Positions 18,008-25,210 of a stretch of 33,731 nt of DNA are shown here, in pieces (within the stretch, counting starts at the first letter, position 1; each line of letters starts with the position of its first letter). The position numbers and the translations under genes were made by a program. The notes under the pieces are model-generated. The model searched no databases and was not told the origin of the DNA. It saw only the letters and a program-made list of their open reading frames with translations. The stretch is from Candidatus Woesearchaeota archaeon. GTDB lineage: Archaea; Nanobdellota; Nanobdellia; Pacearchaeales; GW2011-AR1. The stretch lies in NCBI GenBank assembly GCA_964632115.1, contig CAZWEB010000003.1:1-33731 (forward strand), given 5' to 3'.

Positions 18008-19123
18008 ATGATTAGATGTGAAGATTTAGCAGACATATTTAAAAAAAATAACTTAACTTTCTTTTCAGGTGTGCCTGACAGCACTTTTAAAGAATGGATG
18101 AAATTTTTAGATGATGGAAATGGCTTGACAAATATACTCGCTGTAAACGAATGTGAAGCCATAGCCATGGTATCAGGATATTATCTTGCAACCAAGAATA
18201 TAGGTGTTGTTTACATGCAAAACTCTGGTCTTGGAAAAACAGTAAATCCATTAACTTCCTTGTGTGATAAAGAGGTTTATTCAATTCCATTAATTCTAAT
18301 GATTGGATTAAGAGGAGAGCCCGGAGAAAAAGATGAGCCGCAACACAAGAAAATGGGCAGGATAACTCTTCCCCTTTTAGATGTTTTGGAAATTCCTTAT
18401 GCAATTTTGCCAAATACTCTTGAAGAAATCTCAAAAGTGATAACTGAGATGAAAAGAGCATCTGTAGAAAAAAACTCTCCTGTGGCAATTATAATAAAAA
18501 AAGGATTATTAGAAGAATACACTTCTAAAAAAACAACAAAAACATATTATGAGATGTCAAGAGAAGACGCTATTAAAACCATAACTAATAATATTCAAAA
18601 TAATGGGGTTATAATTTCAACAACAGGAAAAGCGTCAAGAGAATTATTTGAGTATAGGATACAAAGAAAAGAAAAACCAAAAGATTTTTATACTGTAGGG
18701 GGTATGGGTTGTTCTGCTTCAATTGCAAATGCAATAGCTATGCAAAAACCAAACCTTCCAGTATGGGTTTTTGATGGTGATGGGGCTGTTTTGATGCAGA
18801 TGGGAACATTAGCAACAATTGGAAAATATCGAACAGAAAATCTTTATCATATAGTTTTTGACAATAATTCCTATGATTCAACAGGAGGGCAACCCACAGC
18901 CTCTTCAACAGTTAATTTTGAAAAAATAGCATTAGCCTGCGGCTATAAAACCGCCAGAACAATTCAAAAAAAATCAGATTTAGAAGAGTATCTTAATATT
19001 ATGAAATCGCAAAAAGGCCCGCAGATGCTAATAATAAAAATAAAAAGAGGCGCAAGAAAGGATTTAGGAAGGCCAACCACAACCCCCATAGAAAATAAAA
19101 TTGAGTTTATGGATAATTTATAA
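18008..19123 (+). CDS. ppd: Phosphonopyruvate decarboxylase (ThDP-dependent)
   Basis: The characteristic N-terminus is NNLTFFSGVPDSTFKEW. The ThDP motif is GDGAVLMQMG...(26 aa)...NNSYDSTGGQ. The length of about 370 aa is typical of Ppd rather than the longer acetolactate-synthase-type enzymes. Confidence 0.85.
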   Translation: MIRCEDLADIFKKNNLTFFSGVPDSTFKEWMKFLDDGNGLTNILAVNECEAIAMVSGYYLATKNIGVVYMQNSGLGKTVNPLTSLCDKEVYSIPLILMIGLRGEPGEKDEPQHKKMGRITLPLLDVLEIPYAILPNTLEEISKVITEMKRASVEKNSPVAIIIKKGLLEEYTSKKTTKTYYEMSREDAIKTITNNIQNNGVIISTTGKASRELFEYRIQRKEKPKDFYTVGGMGCSASIANAIAMQKPNLPVWVFDGDGAVLMQMGTLATIGKYRTENLYHIVFDNNSYDSTGGQPTASSTVNFEKIALACGYKTARTIQKKSDLEEYLNIMKSQKGPQMLIIKIKRGARKDLGRPTTTPIENKIEFMDNL

Positions 19124-19139
19124 GGAGATTAAATAAAAA

Positions 19140-20621
19140 ATGAACCCCAAAAAATTCAAAAAAATTATGCTTGTAAATCCTGCAAATACCATGCCCAAGG
19201 ATAGTGTAAGAAGACTAACATCTCCATTGGGTTTAATGTATCTCGGGGCTGTTTTAAAACAAGACAATTATGATGTAAAAATTCTTGATTCTACTTGTGA
19301 GGGTTATTATAACACCCAGATTTCAGGAGAGCATATAACCTACGGGCTGTCAGATGATGAATTTAAAAAAAGAGTAAGAGAATATGAACCTGATCTTGTA
19401 GGGATAACCTCTATGTTTTCTGCTCAGCAGAAAAATTCAATACATCATTGTGATTTAGTAAAATCAGTTAATCCAGAAATTCCAATTGTTCTTGGAGGAA
19501 TACATCCTTCTATTTTAACAGAAGAATCTACAAAAAATTCTTCTGTTGATTTTGTAATCATCGGAGAAGGTGAATATAGAATTATAAAACTTCTAGACGC
19601 CCTAAACAAAAATCAAAAACCAGACTTTGATGGAATTGCTTATAAAAACAAGGACAAGATTATTCTAAATCCAATGATTTCAAGAATAGATAATTTAGAT
19701 TCATTGCCTTTGCCTGCCCGGGATTTAGTAGAGATGGAAAAATACATTCAAATAAGTGTTCCTTTTAGCCCGTTTCCAAGAAAAGAACGAGTTGAACAAA
19801 TTATGACAACAAGAGGTTGTCCGTTTAACTGCAATTTTTGTTCAACAGTCCAATACTGGGGGCATCATTTTAGAGCAAGATCTGTGGAAAACGTCTTAAA
19901 AGAGGTTGATGAATTAGTAAGCAAATACAAGATACAAGAGATACAATTTTCAGATGATAATCTAACTGTTAATAAAAAAAGAGCAAAAGATCTTTTTAGA
20001 AGACTCAAAGATTATAATCTCTCTTGGTGCACTCCAAATGGATTAATGGTTCAAACTCTTGATGAAGAAATGATAAAGTTAATGGCAGAATCAGGAGCAT
20101 ATCAATTCAGTTTTGCAATAGAATCTGGGAGTGATAGGGTTAGAGAAAAAATAATTAATAAAAAGGTTCCTCCAAAAAAAGACGTTAAAGAATTAGTTGA
20201 ATTGTGCCATGATTATAATATTCAGATCCATGGATTGTTTATAGTAGGATTTCCAGGAGAAAAGCGTCCAGAAATAGATGAAACATTGCAATATCCATTT
20301 GATGTTAATCTTGACAGTGCATCTTTTTTTATTGCAAATCCCATGCTGGGCTCAAGGCTTTATTTTGAATGCAAGGAAAAAGGATATATACATGAAGAAG
20401 AAATGACATGGAATGTTAAAAATGCTGAAATCAACATCCCTGCAGACTCTCCAGATTTTGTGATGCCTAATTCAGAACTAGAAGAATTAGTTAATCAAAA
20501 AGCAAGAGAATTTAATGAATATGCTAAAACTAAAAATCCGGGAGCATGGGATACTAAATTCAGCCAATTCCTCAAAAGGCATGGAGATAATGCAGATTTA
20601 ATCTTGGGAAGAGTGACCTAA
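19140..20621 (+). CDS. Cobalamin-binding (class B) radical SAM enzyme, Fom3-like (candidate phosphonate C-methyltransferase)
   Basis: Class B motifs are VLGGIHPS, IIGEGEYR and TRGCPFNCNFC. Other segments match my recollection of Fom3: KIMLVNPA, PLGLMYLGAVLKQDNYDVKILD, EGYYN, YGLSDDE, LMAESGAYQFSFAIESGS, SASFFIANP. An SD-like AGGAG lies at 19123-19127. Confidence 0.8.
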   Translation: MNPKKFKKIMLVNPANTMPKDSVRRLTSPLGLMYLGAVLKQDNYDVKILDSTCEGYYNTQISGEHITYGLSDDEFKKRVREYEPDLVGITSMFSAQQKNSIHHCDLVKSVNPEIPIVLGGIHPSILTEESTKNSSVDFVIIGEGEYRIIKLLDALNKNQKPDFDGIAYKNKDKIILNPMISRIDNLDSLPLPARDLVEMEKYIQISVPFSPFPRKERVEQIMTTRGCPFNCNFCSTVQYWGHHFRARSVENVLKEVDELVSKYKIQEIQFSDDNLTVNKKRAKDLFRRLKDYNLSWCTPNGLMVQTLDEEMIKLMAESGAYQFSFAIESGSDRVREKIINKKVPPKKDVKELVELCHDYNIQIHGLFIVGFPGEKRPEIDETLQYPFDVNLDSASFFIANPMLGSRLYFECKEKGYIHEEEMTWNVKNAEINIPADSPDFVMPNSELEELVNQKAREFNEYAKTKNPGAWDTKFSQFLKRHGDNADLILGRVT

Positions 20622-22348
20622 AGATTACCAAGAATATCCCTTACAAAGTTTAAGTCTTTTATATTGTGGATTTCCAGCCAGCCGCCGTTTGTTTCATGTA
20701 CTGCTACTTTGAAATCTCTGTTAACTAGTTCCTGAAACATATCTGTATCAACTGCTTTTCCAAAACTTTCTGCCCCGTGGAATTTCCCAGTATGATTTGA
20801 TTTTAAGTCTTCATATACTTTGATTAGATTTTCAGCACCTTGTTTTGAAAATTTTGCCAAGCCAATGAACTCATGAGTCATTAATTCTTTTGGGATGCTT
20901 CTGCCAATTAAAACAACTTCATCATTAGAAGGCCTTAATCTTTGATATTGGATTTGTTTTCCTTTTTTTGTTATAACTCCATCAAGTTTCTTATCTATCT
21001 CATGTTTATGATAAAGATAAGAATTATCAACAACAATTACAATATCTTCTTTTCTTTCAAGAAGCTCATTTATCAATCTTTTGTCCAAAAGAATATCTGA
21101 ATTAATATAAATAAATCCTTTTTTCATTTTTTCTTTAGCCTGCATAAGACTATGAATCATCCCCAAAGAAGAGTATTCTGGATTATCAAAATAATTAATA
21201 TCTGAAATATTAAATTTTTCTTTCTGCCACCCAATTATGGCATTGATATTATTCAATCCCAGGTCTTTGAATATCTGAATTTGATGTTCAAGTAATGTTC
21301 TCCCATTTATATTAATTAAAGCTCTTGGAATATTTCCCATTGCTTGTTTGAATTCCTCATTTTCTTCTCCAGCAGCAGGAATAATCACAGAAGGAGTTTT
21401 TGAAAGCAATTCATCTTTTTCTTTTATATCTAAGAAGCCAACTTTATTAAAAATTTCTTTTACAGAAATAATATGTGGCTCTGCTTCTAATGCTCTTTCA
21501 TTCTCAAGAATTATGCTTCCAACATTATGCATTGCTTTGTATGCTGCGCGCAGCATATGATTTGCATAGATTACAATATTAAATCCATGTTCTTCTAATT
21601 CAGACTCTCTTACTGAACTATATGTTGTTGGTACGCATACTAAAGGTTTTCTTATGCCTATCTCTTTGCATAATTGAGAATATTCTTTTGCAAATTTAAT
21701 CACTTCTTCAGGGCTAGTAGACTTTGAATGAATCATTATTCCATCTGCGCCACTTTCCAAGTATTTTCTTGCGCGCAGCAAGGCATCATTAATCTCTTTT
21801 CCTGCAATTAAACTTTCTATCCTTGCTATAATCATAAAATCATCAGATCTTTGTATTTTCTTTCCTGCTTCAATTTTTTCAGCAAAACGCTCTGGTTCTT
21901 CTAAATGCTGAATTGTTCCTGATTCAAGGCTATTTCTTTTTGGAAATACCTTATCTTCTATTATAACTGCAGAAACACCCATTCTTTCTAATTTTGGAAC
22001 TAAATATTCAAAATGATGTATGTCTCCTCCTGTATCACCATCAATAATCAATGGCTTGTTAGTAACTTCTAAAATTTCAGATACTGTTCTTAATCTAGAA
22101 TCAAACCCAATAATCTCTATATCTGGATGTCCTTTTGAAGCAGAATCAGTTAAACTGCTTTCCCAGAAAAAATCAAATTCATTGATTTTTTTAATTCCAT
22201 TGTTATCTATCTCTGCACTTAAATCATTTGCAATCAAGGCGCTTATTGCACTATGAACTTCTATTCCCCTTACCAGTTTTTTAATCTCCAACGCTCTTTT
22301 GAGTTTTTTTCGCCTCTCTTCAGGAGATATTAAATATCTCAATGTCAT
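20618..22348 (-). CDS. pepM: Phosphoenolpyruvate mutase fused to a C-terminal nucleotidyltransferase domain
   Basis: The N-terminal half has isocitrate-lyase/PEP-mutase superfamily motifs (DGDTGG) and the PepM-discriminating signature IIEDKVFPKRNS (EDKxxxxxNS). The C-terminal half has an NTP-transferase start (VIIPAAGE...PRALININGRTLLEHQI). ATG 22348 is preferred over TTG 22360 because a TATA-like box is centred 25.5 nt upstream of it. Confidence 0.75.
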   Translation of the reverse strand: MTLRYLISPEERRKKLKRALEIKKLVRGIEVHSAISALIANDLSAEIDNNGIKKINEFDFFWESSLTDSASKGHPDIEIIGFDSRLRTVSEILEVTNKPLIIDGDTGGDIHHFEYLVPKLERMGVSAVIIEDKVFPKRNSLESGTIQHLEEPERFAEKIEAGKKIQRSDDFMIIARIESLIAGKEINDALLRARKYLESGADGIMIHSKSTSPEEVIKFAKEYSQLCKEIGIRKPLVCVPTTYSSVRESELEEHGFNIVIYANHMLRAAYKAMHNVGSIILENERALEAEPHIISVKEIFNKVGFLDIKEKDELLSKTPSVIIPAAGEENEEFKQAMGNIPRALININGRTLLEHQIQIFKDLGLNNINAIIGWQKEKFNISDINYFDNPEYSSLGMIHSLMQAKEKMKKGFIYINSDILLDKRLINELLERKEDIVIVVDNSYLYHKHEIDKKLDGVITKKGKQIQYQRLRPSNDEVVLIGRSIPKELMTHEFIGLAKFSKQGAENLIKVYEDLKSNHTGKFHGAESFGKAVDTDMFQELVNRDFKVAVHETNGGWLEIHNIKDLNFVRDILGNL

Positions 22349-22369
22349 GAGTAAGAACAATATACCATA

Positions 22370-22377
22370 TTTTTAAA
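22370..22377 (-). promoter_or_regulatory. Candidate archaeal TATA box for the pepM-NTase gene
   Basis: The minus strand reads ATATTTAAAAATA. The box is centred 25.5 nt upstream of ATG 22348. Confidence 0.45.
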
Positions 22378-22459
22378 TATTTATATACTCAATTTTTCCT
22401 GTTTTAAAACAAAAACCCAAGGTAAAATTCAATGATATATACTTCAAATTGCAATTAAA

Positions 22460-22469
22460 TTTAAAAATA
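22460..22469 (+). promoter_or_regulatory. Candidate archaeal TATA box for the class B radical SAM gene at 22489
   Basis: TTTAAAAATA is centred 24.5 nt upstream of the ATG. Confidence 0.45.
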
Positions 22470-22488
22470 AGAAAAATTCTTTGATAAT

Positions 22489-24003
22489 ATGAAGATAAAA
22501 TCCATGAAATCCTCTGATTTAAGAGATATAAGGAAAATTTCTAATGATAAAAGAAAAAAAGTTCTGCTGATTAATTGCAGAAGAAAAGGATATCTTCCAG
22601 CCCTGATGCCCCACATAGGACTTGGAATCTTGGCGGGAATTTTAATAAGAAGAGGGCACGAAGTCCTGGTTATTGATTATCTGCTTACTAATAATGTTCC
22701 CCCTATTGAAATGTTTTTAAAAAAATTTAATCCGGATGTAGTTGGAATTACTTCATATACTTGGAATATATTTGAAGTAAAAAAAACAATTGATGAGATA
22801 AGAAATTTTTCATCCTCTTTGCCAGTGATTATAGGCGGTCCACACACATCTATGTTTACAGATGATTTCAAACAAGACAAAAGAATTGATTATCTTGTTT
22901 TAGGAGATGGAGAACTGCTTATAATTGATTTGATTGAAAAAGCTAAAAGACAAAAAAAACCAGAAATACTATTCTCTAAAGAACTTGCAAAACTAGATGA
23001 TATTCCTTTTCCAAATTACCAGTGTTTTTACAAATGGGAAACAGTTCTTAGTTATCCCCTTTATACCTCCAGAGGGTGCCCACATAATTGCAATTATTGT
23101 TCTGTTTGGATCTTATGCAACAGGGTCTGGAGAACAAGAAGTTCTGAAAAATGCATAGAAGAACTTAGGCTTGCAAAAAAAATTTTCAAAAAAGACCTGC
23201 ATGTTTTTGTCGTAGATGACAGTCCGGCAATAGACAAAAAAAGATTTGCTGATTTTCTAAGATTATATATTAAAAGCAGATTAAGAATGAGACTCGAAGT
23301 CTATAATATGAGGGCTGATAATATTACAGAAGAAATACTCTCTTTGCTTAAAAAAACAGGCACTAAACATTTTACGGTGGCAGTAGAACACACAGATCCA
23401 GAAGTCTGTCAGTTGATGGACAAGCATGAAACTATTGAACAAATTGAAAATGCAATAAACCTGGTTAAAAAACAGGGATTTTTACTGACTCTTTTTTTTG
23501 TTATTGGTTTGCCAAAAGACAGTTTTGAAAAAACAAAAAAATTAATTAAATTTGCCAGAAAATTCAAGCCTTATGCTATCAATTGGAATATTTTTCAGTA
23601 TCTTGGCCCAAATAGGGCTGTAGAATGGTTCAAGGAGAATGGGAAAGTCGACGCAATTAATTACTCTCAGCCCTCTTTTAAAAAAGAAATTTTTTATCCA
23701 GAAGGAAAGCCTTTTGCAGAATATTCTGGCTTTACAAAACATGAGATAGAAAAAGCATATTTTATGGCAATCTTGAGGACAATATCTCCAAGTCTTAGGC
23801 TCAGAGATGCAGTAAGAATATTCAAAACAATCTCAAAATATAATCTCCAGGCAGATTTTTTTTATTGGCTTCCGAGAGGATTTTTAAAATCCCTAAGGAC
23901 CAAGTTTTATCTTTTTCAGTCTGCAGTAAATACTGTAAGAAAAGAAGGTATTATTAAAACTTTAAGAAAAATTATATACCTAAAGAAATTAGGAAGACTT
24001 TGA
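22489..24003 (+). CDS. Cobalamin-binding (class B) radical SAM enzyme
   Basis: Motifs seen: KVLLINCR, IIGGPHTS, VLGDGELL, SRGCPHNCNYC, VAVEHTD. Confidence 0.8.
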   Translation: MKIKSMKSSDLRDIRKISNDKRKKVLLINCRRKGYLPALMPHIGLGILAGILIRRGHEVLVIDYLLTNNVPPIEMFLKKFNPDVVGITSYTWNIFEVKKTIDEIRNFSSSLPVIIGGPHTSMFTDDFKQDKRIDYLVLGDGELLIIDLIEKAKRQKKPEILFSKELAKLDDIPFPNYQCFYKWETVLSYPLYTSRGCPHNCNYCSVWILCNRVWRTRSSEKCIEELRLAKKIFKKDLHVFVVDDSPAIDKKRFADFLRLYIKSRLRMRLEVYNMRADNITEEILSLLKKTGTKHFTVAVEHTDPEVCQLMDKHETIEQIENAINLVKKQGFLLTLFFVIGLPKDSFEKTKKLIKFARKFKPYAINWNIFQYLGPNRAVEWFKENGKVDAINYSQPSFKKEIFYPEGKPFAEYSGFTKHEIEKAYFMAILRTISPSLRLRDAVRIFKTISKYNLQADFFYWLPRGFLKSLRTKFYLFQSAVNTVRKEGIIKTLRKIIYLKKLGRL

Positions 24004-24005
24004 AG

Positions 24006-25148
24006 ATGAAAATAATTTTTACTCATTTAAAACCAGAGTTCTGGCAGTATAAAACAGCTTCTGTATTAAGAAAAAAAGGGGTTAAAACAATTTCCATATC
24101 TATTCTTGAATTTGACAAAGAAAAATACAAAAATGCTTTTGATGAAATAATCTCCCCAGAGCTGCCAAATCTTAAACCCGAAACATTATTAAAACAGTTT
24201 TTTAAAAATCCCCTAAAAATATTAAAATTTTTAATTAAGATATCTACAATAAAATCAGATGTTGCAATATGCCAGGGCGCTCCACACTATTTAACTGCTT
24301 TTTTCATCTGGCTTTTTAAAGGAAGATTTCCAAGAATATATTTCCCTTATGACATTAATTCTTCAAGATTTAGAAATCTTAAAGGTTATTTTCCCAAAAG
24401 AGAAATCTGGGGAGAAGAATCTTCTTTTAAAAACTGTGATGCAATCATAATTAAAAGTAAAAAACAAGAACTAGAACTTCTGCCAAAATATTTTAATACC
24501 AAAAACAAACCCCAACTAGAATTTCCATGCTATGTATCTTCTGAATGGAGTGTTCCTTATCAGCCAAAAAAATTATCTCGCAAAGACAAGCAAACCCATA
24601 TAGTATATACGGGAATTTTTATGGACGAGCCTGATTCATTTCATAAATCCATGCTTCCAGATTTTCAGGAAATTTTAAAGCAAAAAATACATTTCCACAT
24701 TTATTGCGCCTATAACAGCCTGAGTAAAGAACAATATTCTAAAATAACTAAAAATAATGAGAAATTAATGCCTTTTTTTCATGTTCATCAGTTTGTCTCA
24801 CCAGAAAAACTTTCTCAAGAAATTAGCAAATATGATTTTGGCTATTATTTTGTTGAATATAATGAAAATGCAGTTCCAGGTTCGGTAAAATTTGTAACAG
24901 GAAACAAGGTTTCTTCATATTTTGAGTCTGCAATTCCAGTAATAGTTTACAAAGGAAATTTAATCAACAGCAAAATGATTGAAGAGAACAATCTTGGCAT
25001 CTCTATTGAAAAGATGAAAAATCTGAAAGAAGGAATTAAAAAGTTTAACTATAATAAATCAATAAAATCTCTATTAGAATTTAGAAAAAAATATTCAGCA
25101 GATAATCATATAAATGAAATGATTGATTTTGTGAAATATTTAAACTAG
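24006..25148 (+). CDS. Hypothetical protein, weakly GT-B (GT4/GT1)-like
   Basis: The ORF is uninterrupted and about 380 aa. It begins 3 nt after the preceding radical SAM stop (the TTG 24000 alternative overlaps by 4 nt). Only loose GT-B-like landmarks are visible (HIVYTGIF, GNKVSSYFESAIPVIV). No catalytic motif was recognised. Confidence 0.35.
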   Translation: MKIIFTHLKPEFWQYKTASVLRKKGVKTISISILEFDKEKYKNAFDEIISPELPNLKPETLLKQFFKNPLKILKFLIKISTIKSDVAICQGAPHYLTAFFIWLFKGRFPRIYFPYDINSSRFRNLKGYFPKREIWGEESSFKNCDAIIIKSKKQELELLPKYFNTKNKPQLEFPCYVSSEWSVPYQPKKLSRKDKQTHIVYTGIFMDEPDSFHKSMLPDFQEILKQKIHFHIYCAYNSLSKEQYSKITKNNEKLMPFFHVHQFVSPEKLSQEISKYDFGYYFVEYNENAVPGSVKFVTGNKVSSYFESAIPVIVYKGNLINSKMIEENNLGISIEKMKNLKEGIKKFNYNKSIKSLLEFRKKYSADNHINEMIDFVKYLN

Positions 25149-25181
25149 TTTTTACAAAGATATAGACAAACTATAATAATC

Positions 25182-25189
25182 TTTATAAA
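25182..25189 (+). promoter_or_regulatory. Candidate archaeal TATA box for the GT9 gene
   Basis: The sequence is AATCTTTATAAAA. The box is centred 25.5 nt upstream of ATG 25211. Confidence 0.45.
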
Positions 25190-25210
25190 ACCGTATTAAT
25201 TTCATTAAAA

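Noticed and set aside
16849-22348. A fosfomycin or methylphosphonate biosynthetic cluster, because of the Fom3-like enzyme plus PepM/Ppd.
   Set aside because: No HppE, MpnS/HEPD-type cupin or non-heme-iron oxygenase ORF is present in the window, and no FomC-like iron alcohol dehydrogenase. An AEP transaminase and a CDP-alcohol transferase are present instead. Glycosyltransferases and a flippase surround the locus, which indicates a cell-surface conjugate rather than a diffusible antibiotic.
3240-24002. Upstream TTG-extended starts given by the ORF track (3240, 5048, 16852, 22360, 24000) and the ATG at 80 for SecD.
   Set aside because: In each case an in-frame ATG 2-13 codons downstream gives a family-typical N-terminus. 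For 3252 and 22348 it also sits in phase with a TATA-like box. ATG 119 avoids overlap with the SecF stop and follows GGAGG. The longer versions cannot be excluded without N-terminal data.
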